From a virus (lineage: Duplodnaviria; Caudoviricetes), in the IMG/VR virus record IMGVR_UViG_3300032328_000724, positions 1 through 34,540 of that record: a DNA stretch of 34,540 nt. One strand, written 5' to 3'. Positions 9,531 to 21,100 of this stretch are shown piece after piece. The position numbers and the translations under genes are program-made. A model generated the notes under the pieces. That model was not told the origin of the DNA. It did not search any database and was given only the letters and a program-made list of their open reading frames with translations. Numbering within the stretch: position 1 is the stretch's first letter; each line of letters starts with the position of its first letter.

Positions 9531-10108
9531 TTGCAGGAGAGACCTACCTTTTGGAAGCGGTACGCGAAGTACTTCGGATCAAGCTTGCATTGCCAGAAAC
9601 CGCATGCGATTGCGAGTACGATGAGCAGATTCCAGCAATCGCGAACGATATGTATTATGCGATCATTAACAACGGCATCGAACCGGGACGAACGAACGGA
9701 ACAGCCGGGGGTGTTTGTGACGTAGTTCATTCGGTTCAGGTGCTTGTTTTGAACCGCAAGCTTGAAGCGAGAGACAAGCGGCGAAACCTTTTCATGCAAA
9801 GGTTAGTCGGGCTCAATGCTGCTTTGGATAACGTCTTCCTTGCGATCCATCGGCAAGTAGAAATCACGACTCTTGCAAACGCGCTAATGTTTGAAGACGA
9901 TCCAGCAGCGGCACCATTTCAAAATACGTTGTTCTACGCGAACGTGGATCGACGTCCGAAGATGGTCAACAGTCAGACCTACGGGGGCAAAGCTGTCGGG
10001 GGACCAGGAACGACCGACGGTATCGCTATGGCTCGATCGATTTATTTTACCGGGATCCGTCGCATGCAAACGGTTGTTCAGGTCCACACAGGGTACAAGG
10101 TAACATAA
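9527..10108 (+). CDS. putative tail completion/terminator protein
   Basis: Size and position after the gpG-like gene; ATGA overlap; alpha/beta pattern. Confidence 0.45.
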   Translation: MIAGETYLLEAVREVLRIKLALPETACDCEYDEQIPAIANDMYYAIINNGIEPGRTNGTAGGVCDVVHSVQVLVLNRKLEARDKRRNLFMQRLVGLNAALDNVFLAIHRQVEITTLANALMFEDDPAAAPFQNTLFYANVDRRPKMVNSQTYGGKAVGGPGTTDGIAMARSIYFTGIRRMQTVVQVHTGYKVT

Positions 10109-10629
10109 TGCGGCACAGAAGCGTTACGCTAAAACCATTGTTCAAGTCGACGCTTTCCCCCGAAGCGGAAGCGGTCGCTATGGCAATCGCCAAGATCAAG
10201 CCATTGCCAATGAAGCAAACGTCGGCGGGGATAGTGATTCCAAACGAGCGAAGTATCAAGCAACGCAATTTCGCGTTTTGCCGAAATCCGGAGTGCGCGG
10301 AAGAGGGTTGCGAGTTTCGTTTCGAAGTCGAGCACACGTTAAACCCATGCCCTAAGTGTGGAGCTGATCGAGCCCCATTTGTCGGCATGCTTGCGAAAAT
10401 TCATTTGCTTGTTCGGGATAGAAAGGGTCCATTGGTTTGTGCCGGTGGTTTGCGTTACCGAATGGCATGCGATACCGAATACAAGCGGGGATCGATTTCG
10501 ACGACGGAAAACCATGAATTGGGGTCCGGCGCTCGAGAAGTCTGCAATTGTGTCGACTGCTTGGTTCAAGCGGACAAAATCAATGTTGGGGAGTATACTG
10601 GGTCGCGATTCATGGTTGAAGGAAAGTAG
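10108..10629 (+). CDS. Cys-rich (zinc-ribbon-like) protein
   Basis: CRNPEC, CPKC, CNCVDC; TAATG coupling to the previous gene. Confidence 0.6.
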   Translation: MRHRSVTLKPLFKSTLSPEAEAVAMAIAKIKPLPMKQTSAGIVIPNERSIKQRNFAFCRNPECAEEGCEFRFEVEHTLNPCPKCGADRAPFVGMLAKIHLLVRDRKGPLVCAGGLRYRMACDTEYKRGSISTTENHELGSGAREVCNCVDCLVQADKINVGEYTGSRFMVEGK

Positions 10630-10638
10630 GGTACCAAA

Positions 10639-11172
10639 ATGAGTTATGTAGCCGGCGCGTATTTGATTGGTTTCAACGCCAAAGTTTGCGGACAAACACA
10701 GGAAGGCATCGCGTTTGAAAACACGATGTTTTTCCGTCCAATTCAGGGCAATTGGGGGGGACAAGCAACCCAGGATATGATTTTTCTCGGGAACGACTGG
10801 ACGTCGATGGTTACGTTCTTGGAAGCCGATGCAGCGGCAATGGTGGACATCATCAAGCCGTTTAACGGAGCTGCGACCGATCTAAACATGGGGCAACCCG
10901 GCATCATTGCTTCGCAGCATGGTGTAGCGAAGTCGATGGTTTTGACGTCGCTACTCACAGCGGCGGTTATCAACGCATCGGGGACCAGTGGACAGACAGC
11001 AGTATTGCCACTTACCCGAACGCTACTAAAAACGATTCGCGATGGGAATTATCCGATCCGAGAATTGTTCGACGTCGGGCTTCGCGATATTCCGGTTCGA
11101 TTCCGTCACTTGCCATCGGCACGAACGCAAGCGACTGGAATCGGCGGGGGAGTGGTCGCCACCGAGACATGA
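10639..11172 (+). CDS. putative tail tube protein
   Basis: 177 aa, beta-rich, N-terminal CGQTQEGI hairpin pattern; position before chaperone and tape-measure genes. Confidence 0.5.
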   Translation: MSYVAGAYLIGFNAKVCGQTQEGIAFENTMFFRPIQGNWGGQATQDMIFLGNDWTSMVTFLEADAAAMVDIIKPFNGAATDLNMGQPGIIASQHGVAKSMVLTSLLTAAVINASGTSGQTAVLPLTRTLLKTIRDGNYPIRELFDVGLRDIPVRFRHLPSARTQATGIGGGVVATET

Positions 11173-11543
11173 TTAAGATTGACAACGGACAACGCACGAT
11201 CGAAATATCGGCTAATGGTGAGATTCGCCATTGGTCCTACGATGTTTTGCTGATCAAGCTCTTGGCGGAAAAGCTCGAAGGGGAGCATGCCATGCGTACG
11301 AAAGTGGAAAACAAAGAAGTATTGTTGCCACCGACAGACGGATTCCTAGCGGGCTTCGCGGTCGCTCTGCAGGAACGCGGTTTCGAGGGGTGCACAATCG
11401 ACGCGGCGTTTCGGGTTTATAACATCGTCAACGCTCAATTCCGTGCTATGTACGGAAAGCTTGCGGAACAAATTGCGGAAGAGATAGCACAGAAACCACC
11501 TTCCCTAATTGCGAGATTGCTTCGAAAAATCACGGGGGCTTAA
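11169..11543 (+). CDS. putative tail assembly chaperone (short, gpG-like)
   Basis: Position between tube and tape measure; similar to the N-terminal part of 14630..15136. Confidence 0.45.
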   Translation: MIKIDNGQRTIEISANGEIRHWSYDVLLIKLLAEKLEGEHAMRTKVENKEVLLPPTDGFLAGFAVALQERGFEGCTIDAAFRVYNIVNAQFRAMYGKLAEQIAEEIAQKPPSLIARLLRKITGA

Positions 11544-12848
11544 ATGTCGGCAGAATTAACGATCAAGCTAGTCGATGCTACTCCCGACGAACAAGCCGCA
11601 CAGGACAGACCAAGGCAAACGCCGGAAGAGACCGAAGCGAAACGCCGGGAGTCTCCGAACTACGTCGAAGCGCCACCGGTTCAAACGGCTGATAATCGTC
11701 TTCCAGGTTATCCTACGCTTCCACCGAAAAGCGGTGTTGAGCCCCCCCCGATCCAACCTACAAAGGAAAAGGTCGAGGAAGTTCAACCAAAGGGGCAGGA
11801 ATCGAAGAAAGAGCCAAAGCGAGACGACTCGAGCAAAGTCCCATCGGCTGATCAGTCGCAGGAACCGAAGCAAGCATCGGTATCTATCTCCGACGTGCTC
11901 GATCAACTGCAACGCAAGCTCGACAAGTCGATGCCAGGGCGACAGGCGAACAAAGTCATCGGTCGAGCCCGTGGAGTGGCTAGACGTGTCGCGAAGCAAG
12001 CGAAAGCATCGTTCGATCGATTCCAGCGGAGTGAGATAGGCAGAAAGGTAATGCCTACGCTTTCCAAAGTCGGGAAAGCGATTAAGGCAAGTAAAGCCGG
12101 TCAAGCAGTTGCCAAAGCAGGCTCGAGCATGCTTGGGGCAGCGGGGCGAGCTTTGGGGATGACAGGAGCAAGAGTTGCAGCGACAGCAGCAACGGGGGCA
12201 GCGACCGCAGGAACAGCAGCAACAGGGGCAGCAGCAACAGCGGCGGGAACGGCAGCAGCGGGGGCAGGTGTAGCAGCGGTCGCATCTAATCCGGTAACTG
12301 CGACCGTCGGCGCGGTGGTTGTGGCTCTTGCGGCTCTTCCAGTTGCGGTAGCAGCAGCAGCGTACGGTATCAAGCGATTCGGAGACCTGATTGTATCTCT
12401 TGGCGATAACGTAGCTGACAAGTCAGCGGCAATGTCAGCAGCGAGGGGACGACAGGAAATCTCCACAGAATTGAACATGATGAAGCGAGCGCAGCAAATT
12501 GGACCGGAAATGTCGAAGCTCATCGACGCACAAACACGATTCAACGACGTGACGGAAGAGATTTGGACTAGCGTACTAACTTGGATTGTAAAGATTGCTC
12601 CCTACGTGGAAGCCGCATCGGATGGAGTAACGGCATTGTTACGCGGGGTCGATGTTCTCGAGAAAACCGGAGCGTTAATTGCAGCGACGATCACGCAAGG
12701 GTTAGCAGACGACGCAATCGCGGCAACAAACTTGGGTAACGCGATGGGCAAATTCCAAAATGCGGTCGGTGACGTGTTCAAGACAAGCATCAACGATCCC
12801 GACCCACCGGACCCTTTTTTGATGGACTTGCTAAAGGCTAAAATATGA
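11544..12848 (+). CDS. putative short tape measure protein
   Basis: N-terminal ELTIKL, Ala/Gly-rich repeats (AATGA), hydrophobic segment VGAVVVALAALPVAVAAAAY, helical C-terminus; positional. Confidence 0.55.
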   Translation: MSAELTIKLVDATPDEQAAQDRPRQTPEETEAKRRESPNYVEAPPVQTADNRLPGYPTLPPKSGVEPPPIQPTKEKVEEVQPKGQESKKEPKRDDSSKVPSADQSQEPKQASVSISDVLDQLQRKLDKSMPGRQANKVIGRARGVARRVAKQAKASFDRFQRSEIGRKVMPTLSKVGKAIKASKAGQAVAKAGSSMLGAAGRALGMTGARVAATAATGAATAGTAATGAAATAAGTAAAGAGVAAVASNPVTATVGAVVVALAALPVAVAAAAYGIKRFGDLIVSLGDNVADKSAAMSAARGRQEISTELNMMKRAQQIGPEMSKLIDAQTRFNDVTEEIWTSVLTWIVKIAPYVEAASDGVTALLRGVDVLEKTGALIAATITQGLADDAIAATNLGNAMGKFQNAVGDVFKTSINDPDPPDPFLMDLLKAKI

Positions 12849-14626
12849 CGCTGAGCATTATCAAGTACAACAATTACACGTTCAACGATAAGTCGAGGTT
12901 TCATTTCGACGAAACGTACGTCTATGATGAATCCGGAAGGGTTATCAAAGGTACGTTGTTTCGTTTGCGTGTCGAGACCATTATTTGCAATGAAGACGTT
13001 AGCCCAGGTCAGACCGATTATTCGTCATCGGATTTCAGTTGTGGCAACACAATGCACGCGGCACGGCAAAAGCTATCGCAACCTGGAGAGAATTTAGTTA
13101 TCGACCATGAAGGATTTGGACCGCGACTAGATATCAATTTTAGGTACCCAGTGATTCGGGATACAGAGTGGGGACCACGTCCAAAGATGCTTAGTTGGGA
13201 ACCAATTGGTCACACGGCATCGGTTGAGGTTGTTTGGGAGTGTGAATTTACAATCCCAATATGCAACGGTGAAACCAATTCTCCGAGCTTCCAAGGGCTT
13301 TCGGCACTTAGCTACGGAATTAGCTACTCTTTCGACAAACGTGGATTCACGACACGACGAATTAGCGGTCGAGTTGAAATTGCCATGTCGGGAACCGTCA
13401 ATGGTAAGCTATGGGATACGGTCGACTCATATCGCGACAAAATCATCGTGAACAAGCCGAAGAACTTCCAACGGGAGGTTACTTGGGATGTTTCATCCGA
13501 TAAGCGTACAGCAAATTTTACGATTGTAGACTCAGAGCATCAGAGCCCTAATGCTTGGCCTCCTGGAGTGGTCGAAATCGACGCACAACATCGGGTTTCA
13601 TGGTCACGATCTTCGATAGCTCGAATCAATTGCATGATCAGCGCAACAATCGAAATGGCACCTGATCAATTTAAGGCTCGAGCGTGGCTTATTTTTCGTG
13701 ATATCGTGCTTACTCGACTCCAGTATGCAGCGGCAACGTACCAAGCTACCAGCAACTACGACTTGGGACCACCAGTCGCTTTTATCAACTCGATCGAGAT
13801 TGTCGAGAATATCTATAAGAACAGCGTAAGCTTCCAACTACAGTACTACTTTTTGAACCAAGCAAACCTCGATCGGATATTCCTTTTGACGGGCTTGTTT
13901 CAACCGACATCTTTTCTCAATGGTCCGTCGCCATCGTGGGATACGTGGGACAATTCGATAAAGCATCTACAACCGTTTCAGGGTACCGGGAAAGATGGGG
14001 GCGTTTCCAATCTTCGATTCGATCCTTCCAGCGAAGCGCCGATAAACCTTTGCAATCAGCTTCCAGCGAGTGCCCAACAGTTCACTACTCGCACGGTTCA
14101 GCCTGCGATCATTTACGCTGGTACTGGCACAACGTTCGTTAATGAGACACCCCCACCGAGAACTAGCTACATCGTTTTTTCCGCAAAGGTTTCTTACAAG
14201 AACAAGAACAAAGTTCGGGTTTCATTGCAGGTTGGAAAGCAAGACGTTAATCGTCAAAACTTCGATCCAGCTCTACCAGAAATCAACGGTACAACCGTCG
14301 GGGCTTCGAACGGGAAGATAAAGCGGTTCGTCGAGAACAACGCCGGGGACCATCTAATCACGTACATGGGCTACGCTGAGCGAGTTGGGTATCCGGTACC
14401 AGAGCCGGGAATAATGAAAATCGGTGACGTCGATTTGCGACCGCATGGCGACTTGGAGTTTCGGCAAGTCTTTTTGGGTATGTTCTTCGGGCAACCAAAG
14501 TACGCGGCATCCTGGAAACAAGACTATTGGATTGATAAAGTACCAGACAACTTGGGCCAGAAGTTCCCGAACGCGGCGGATGATGGGCTCAATGACGCAT
14601 TTGCTCAAAACCCCCCACCAAAGTAA
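12845..14626 (+). CDS. putative distal tail/baseplate protein
   Basis: Follows the tape measure with ATGA overlap; beta-rich, aromatic; N-terminal IKYNNYTF. Confidence 0.5.
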   Translation: MTLSIIKYNNYTFNDKSRFHFDETYVYDESGRVIKGTLFRLRVETIICNEDVSPGQTDYSSSDFSCGNTMHAARQKLSQPGENLVIDHEGFGPRLDINFRYPVIRDTEWGPRPKMLSWEPIGHTASVEVVWECEFTIPICNGETNSPSFQGLSALSYGISYSFDKRGFTTRRISGRVEIAMSGTVNGKLWDTVDSYRDKIIVNKPKNFQREVTWDVSSDKRTANFTIVDSEHQSPNAWPPGVVEIDAQHRVSWSRSSIARINCMISATIEMAPDQFKARAWLIFRDIVLTRLQYAAATYQATSNYDLGPPVAFINSIEIVENIYKNSVSFQLQYYFLNQANLDRIFLLTGLFQPTSFLNGPSPSWDTWDNSIKHLQPFQGTGKDGGVSNLRFDPSSEAPINLCNQLPASAQQFTTRTVQPAIIYAGTGTTFVNETPPPRTSYIVFSAKVSYKNKNKVRVSLQVGKQDVNRQNFDPALPEINGTTVGASNGKIKRFVENNAGDHLITYMGYAERVGYPVPEPGIMKIGDVDLRPHGDLEFRQVFLGMFFGQPKYAASWKQDYWIDKVPDNLGQKFPNAADDGLNDAFAQNPPPK

Positions 14627-14629
14627 GCC

Positions 14630-15136
14630 ATGAAATTCCGATTAGACGGGGGAGTCATCGACGCGGATTTATCGGAGCTACAGAGGCTTTTGAGTTCCGT
14701 TACGCCATTATCTCGAGCCGTATTGGGTACCATTGTTTCGGATAAGTCGTTTCTCGAGGGAGTCGCCAAAGCATTGCAGGAAAAATACCTTCCTGAAACG
14801 CGGGTAACGTCGTCAGAAGCTTGGCAAATTTGGAAAGCGGTCGATGATGCTGCTACTGCCTACCAAGCACAGACGCGGGATTATGCAGAATTGGCGTTTT
14901 GGTTTCATATCAATCCGTACGAAGTATCGGAACGACAGCGAGTCGGACTACTAGCCAATTTGGGCATGCTCAAGGCACAGGATAGAATCAATCGCGGTGA
15001 CTACGACGCATTGGATCCAAAACAGGTTTATCAACTCTTCATGCTTGCGTATGAGGACAAAGAGCTTGCACAACGTAGGGCGACGGAATCCGCAAAACTA
15101 GCAATCGAACGGGAAGCGAAGAGGCAACGACAATGA
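14630..15136 (+). CDS. putative tail assembly chaperone (long, gpGT-like paralogue)
   Basis: SFLEGVAKALQE...TSSEAWQIW resembles GFLAGFAVALQE...TIDAAFRVY of 11169; ELAFWFHINPYEVS resembles gpT/gpE'-type extensions. Confidence 0.4.
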   Translation: MKFRLDGGVIDADLSELQRLLSSVTPLSRAVLGTIVSDKSFLEGVAKALQEKYLPETRVTSSEAWQIWKAVDDAATAYQAQTRDYAELAFWFHINPYEVSERQRVGLLANLGMLKAQDRINRGDYDALDPKQVYQLFMLAYEDKELAQRRATESAKLAIEREAKRQRQ

Positions 15137-18100
15137 ACGTTTTCGGACAAGCAATCGATAAGACATTACGAGCAATCGGCATTCGTAAGACACCGAGCCT
15201 ACCAACGAAGGAAAATCCGAAACCCAAAGCAGCTACGTCAAGCTATTCGGGGCTAAAGTTTTTCCAACAGACTCGAGACCTGCCCCTATTTACGTTTGAC
15301 GTCATTCGTCAAATGCTCCAGGATCCGGAGATTCGTTTAGGGCTTGCCATGCGAGCCGCACCAATCGCAGCGGTTGAGTTTGCCTATATCGAAGGGACCG
15401 ATACGGAGGGTAAGCCGAAATGGATTCCAGGGGTCGAAGCAAAGGATCCTATTGTTGCCGAGTGGGTATTGCGACAACTGCAAAACATCTGGAAAAGCTC
15501 TCTACCGGGAATCGTCAACTCGCAGAAATGGGGTTGGTCCGGTGGTGAAGTCACGATCATGCTGGACGAAGATACAGGGCTTCTCGAGATTAACGAGTTG
15601 CTAGCGCGTCACTCGAGGGATTGCCGATTGCTCGAGCTTCCTTGCGGTACACCATGGGGAGTTCAGATTGACAACGTAAAGGACGGGGCGTCTAAGGTTG
15701 ATCTACAGTACCCGTACTGCTTCTTTATCAACTTTCGTCCGGAGGATGGCGAAAAGTATTCAGCCTCGATTCTACTCGGAGCGTATTCGCCCTGGGCCGA
15801 TCAGTGGCTAAACGGTGGAGCGCTGGACGTTCGCCGGTTGTTCATGCACAAAGATGCCTACGGTGGAATGTCGATCGGGTACCCGACGGAAGACTACAAC
15901 GTTGAGGGGCAGGAAAAACCAGTTTCGGCCAAGTTCATTGCAGACCAGATTGTTGAACAAGCTCAAGCCGGCAATGTGATAACGTACCCAAGCGGAAACG
16001 ATGAGACAGGAAAGCCGAAGTGGGTTATTGAACGGGCTCAAGTATCTGCCAACCCTCAACATATCCTCGAGTACCCTAAAGACTTGGACGCGGAAAAGCG
16101 GCACGGGCTCGAGATTCCCGACGGAGCGATCAGTAACGACGGTAGTGGAGCTTGGGAAGGTAAATCCCTACCGATGGCAGCATTCTACGCGGGGCTCGAT
16201 ACGTGGGTGACTCAGATCCTTTGCGACTTATACAAAACGCTTCTGCCATTGGCTCAACTCAACTTTGGCGAAAACGTGTCCTTCAAACTGCGACATAAGC
16301 CGTTAGCGCTGCAGATGCTCCAACAGCAAGGGGCGAAGCAATCCAACGGCATGCAGGACAGTCAAGGCGGGGATCCGTATGGTGGCATGGGTGGAGACAT
16401 GGGCGGGGGCGGGGGTGGTATGGGTGGACCGCCAAGTATGCAGCAAATGGCGAATAGCCCACACGCAGTTATTGCAGCGGCACGCAAGGCGCTTGGTTAC
16501 AACATCCATCGCTTAGGAAACGGACCTAGACACGCCCCAAAGGGATACACGAAGGATAGTCCCCTCGTTATCAACGGGCATGAGTACGTCGGAGGAAACT
16601 TTATTCCGAACGATCAGATCGACCATGCCAGCGACGAACAATTGAAGGAGATTGCATCGGGCTCTCGATCGAGTACTCCAGTCGAGGCGAAAGTATCAAA
16701 ACCAAACAGGTCGATCGAGCCTTTTGAGAATCTAAACGTCGGTCTTCGCGATAAGCATTCGAATATGCTTCAAACGAATCGCACCATCAAATTCAAGGAT
16801 GGTCATTCGATCAAAGTACAGTACGACACGCACGGCAAGAATAGCGGGTATCGGGTTACGCATAAATCCGCCGATGGTAAGACGGACTATCCTGAGCGAT
16901 TCAGTACCATAAAAGAGGCATCGGACTTTGGCGCGGAGCAACTGCAACGCAAACGAGCGACGGTGAAATCTCCTAGCATGCAATCCCGACAACTTCCCGA
17001 CACGAATGTCGGAATTGAAAAACAAGCTCCAAAATACAAGCCAAAGCGGTCTCTCACCGAGGGCAACTACCGTTACAAGAGCAAGGACTTTTTCTCGAGT
17101 GGGGTAAAAGCCAAGTTCAAGGACAACATCGCAGCATTGCAGACCCTACGCGAAATTAAGCTCGAGGGACGTTCGGCAACGCCACAAGAGCAAGAGACCA
17201 TATCCAAGTGGGTAGGTTGGGGACAAATGCCGGGATTGTTCGATTACACACTTCCGGACGGTACGAAATCCGTCGAAACGGAAGCCAACTATAAGAAGTG
17301 GAGCAAGGAGAGGCAAACGCTGAAGGACTTGCTAGGGCTCGAGGGGTACGCCGACGCTCGAGCTTCCACCATCAATGGACACTACACGCATCCGAGCGTA
17401 GTGGAAGCTCATTGGAAGATGGCGGAAAAGCTTGGTTTCAAAGGTGGGCGATTCCTAGAACCAGCGGTAGGGTCAGGGTACTACCTTGGATTCATGCCAG
17501 AGCACTTGGCCGAAAAGACACACGTCACAGCGGTCGAAATGGATTCTGGATCCGGAGCAATTACGCAAGTTCTTTATCCTAGTGCCGACGTCCATATCAA
17601 GCCGTTCCAAGAGTTCAAGTCGCCTGATAACTACTTCGATTTGACAGCGACGAACGTGCCTTTCGACGCGAACCAAAAGATTTACTATCCCAAGCATAAG
17701 ATCAGTGCGCAGTTGCATGATTATTACTTCCTGCGAGCTATGGACACGACGAAGCCAGGGGGCTTGATCATGCAACTAACGTCGACCGGTACCATGGATA
17801 AGATTTCCGACGACGTTCGAAATCTGCTTGATGAGAATACCGAGTTTGTTTCCGCGATTCGTTTTCCATCGGATGCACACAGCGAGAACGCCGGTACCGA
17901 AGTCGTTACCGATATGCTGATCATGCGAAAGAAGAATCCAGCGATACCACCAGTAACGGACGAAACTCCACCGGAGGCAATGCCAAAGCAACCGTACGAA
18001 ATGAACATGACGAACGAAGAAATCGAACGTCAACGCAACGGGGAAAGTGTCGAGACTCGCTATTCTCCAGGTTTCACGGGCATAACAACCGATAGCCTTG

Positions 18101-21100
18101 GACGACTTTACCACTGGAAAGATGGTAAGCGAATTGCGGCACCTTCCTGGAACAACACAGAGCTTGTACCAGATCCGGAGGGCGGGAAAGACATACGGAT
18201 CAATAAGTACTTTGCCGACAATCCTGATCAGATTTTGGGGACTTTGAACCGAAGCGGAACAATGTACACGGGGGGCATGAAGAATGTCGAGCGTAACGAG
18301 TCGTACGACGACATGCTTCAAGCAGCAATCGATCGACTTCCATCCGACATCGTCCAAACGCAAGTAACGAAATCGGAAGAATCAGCGGTCATCACCGATG
18401 AGCTACTCCATGAGGGGCAACTTGTATCTCGAGACGGCAAGATTATGCAGTACTCAAACGGTGCTTTGAAACCGTTTTCCGTACCTGAGAAGAATGTCGA
18501 TCGAGTTACGTCGATGATTGCTTTGAAGGACAAAGCACGGGAAGTACTCCAGGCTCAGAGACGCGGGGAGGAACCAGACCGCACGGAGCTCAATAAGCTC
18601 TATGACGATTTCTACACGAAGTACGGACCATTGCACAAAACCGACAACCGAAAGGCAATGAAGGGGGATCCGGACGCAACATTCTTGCTATCTCTCGAGA
18701 AGTACAACTCGAGTGACAATACTGCGATCAAGGCGGATATGTTCAGCAAGAACACGCAAGTGCGCGGAGAGCGAGCTACGAAAGCAGACGGACCAGCGGA
18801 AGGGCTTGCAATCTCGCTCCATGAGACCGGACGATTGTCTCTCTCGAGAATCGCAACGTTGACGGGGCAAACGGAAGAGGAAGTAGGCAACGATCTACGA
18901 GAGAAAGGACTAGCATTCCAGGATCCAAACGGCACTTGGATGCCAGCATCTATGTACCTTTCGGGGAATACCAAACGTAAGCTTGCGGAAGCAAGGCATG
19001 CGGCAATTCTCGATCCGACATTCGAAGCGAACGTTAGAGCGCTCGAGCAAAACCAACCAGAAACAATTGCATCGGACGAAATCGGCGTGACGATGAGTTC
19101 CCCTTGGGTGCCAGTCGATCGACTCCAGGAGTTTGCGGCGCACGTTCTTGGAGCAGAGCTTGAAGACTTTCAAATGTCGCGGGACGGTGGCAGTTTCTCC
19201 ATGCGTATCCTTAACGACCACGTTGAATACGCTCAGTCGACTAGAGCCGTATGGGGCGACTTTGAACGGGTTATGAACGCGGCGGTCAACGGCAAGCCCG
19301 TTTTGGTACGCGACAGCGATGGAGCGATCGACAAAGACGCAACCGACGGGTATGCCGAGAAAATTGCGACACTCCAAGAGCAATTCCGGGAGTGGGCTTT
19401 CGACTCGGATCCGGAGCGAACCGAGGCAATGGCAGCGATCTACAACGAGACGCAAAACACGCACGTCGATACCAAGTACGATGGCAGTCACCAAACATTC
19501 CCAGGCATGGTAGACACGTTCAAGCTTCGAAAGATTCAACAGGATGCTGCTTGGCGAATTGTCCAGACCGGTCGCGGATTGCTTGCACACGAAGTAGGTA
19601 CCGGCAAGACGTCGACCATGGTTGCATCGGCAATGGAGCTGAGACGCATGGGGCTTTCCAAAAAGCCAGCGTTTGCGGTAAAGAACGCGAACATCGAACA
19701 ATTTGCGGAAGAGGCTCAGCAACTCTATCCCGATGCGAGAATCCTTTCGCTAGGAAAGAATTTCACGGCAGAGAACCGCCAAGAAATGTTGAACCGCATT
19801 GCAACAGGCGACTATGACATGGTCATTATGACGCATGAAAATATCGCCAAGATGCAGATGAAGCCCGACACGATCAAGCGAGTCATCGGGGAGGAAATCC
19901 AAGAACTAGAAGCAGCGTTAGTAATGGCTCAGAAGAAGCAAGCCGACATGGACGCGCTAACCGATTTGGAAGATGAGGGTAAGTACAAAAAGACCACCAA
20001 GAAAGAGCGAGAACGCAAAAGCAAAGCATTGCAGAACAATATCAAGAAGATCGAGAGCCGCAAAAAGGGGATCCAAGGCTATCTCGACAAAGTACTCCGA
20101 TCGGAAGACAAAGATGCGATCTACTTCGAGGATACTGGCATCGATCAATTGTTCGTTGATGAGGCACACAAGTTCAAGGGATTGCCGATCACTACCAAGC
20201 ACGACAAGGTCGGAAACATTCCCAAGCTTGCTTCGGCTAGTGCTCGAGCCCTGGACATGCTTGCACGGTGTCGCTACTTACAGGAGCAAAACGACGGTCG
20301 GGGAGTTGTGTTCGCGACGGGAACACCGATTACCAACAGCATGGCGGAATTGTACGTTATGCAGAAGTTCATCCAATCGGACGTGCTTCGCGAACGCGGT
20401 GTATCGCGGTTTGACGATTGGGCGGATACCTACGGCGAAATCACAAACGATTTTGAGTTCAAGCTGAAGGGGGAAGCGGTCGCAACACAACGGTTCAAGC
20501 GGTTTATGAACCTTCCAGAGCTTCGCAACATGGCATCGGAAATGATGGACATTAAGCGAGCTGTCGACATCCCGAATTTGGTTCGTCCGGACAAGCATGA
20601 ACACGCAATCGCGGTAGCTCGATCGAGTGATATGGATTCCGTGATGGAAGAGATAAAGGAACGGGCATTGGCATGCCGGGGCGGAAGGTCGGAAAGGTTA
20701 GTTCGCAGCGCTGCGGGTGAAATGATTCACGATAGCCCGTTGATTATCAACACCGATGCGAGAGCAGCATCGATCGATTTACGGCTCTACGATGCGAGTC
20801 TTCCGGACCATCCAGATTCCAAGGCGAATACAGCGATCAAGAATATCCTTGACGTCTACCACAAGAGCAAGGACAACGTTCAAGCTGTCTTTTCCGATAC
20901 GGGTATCCACGACACGAACAAGACAAATTTTTCGTTGTTCAAGGATATGAAAGACAAGCTAGTTGCGGCTGGAATACCACCGGGGGAAATAATCGACTTC
21001 TCGCAAGACATGAGCGACATCCAACGGGAAGACGCTCAAGCACGTCTAAGACGCGGAGACGCACGAATCGCATTTGGATCCACTGAGCGACTTGGGACCG

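Noticed and set aside
12170-12280. GCAGCAACGGGG-type repeats
   Set aside because: Explained by Ala/Thr/Gly coding repeats in the tape-measure candidate.
18910-19722. 270-aa minus-strand ORF and other antisense ORFs
   Set aside because: Shadows of strongly supported plus-strand genes, with no motifs or RBS.
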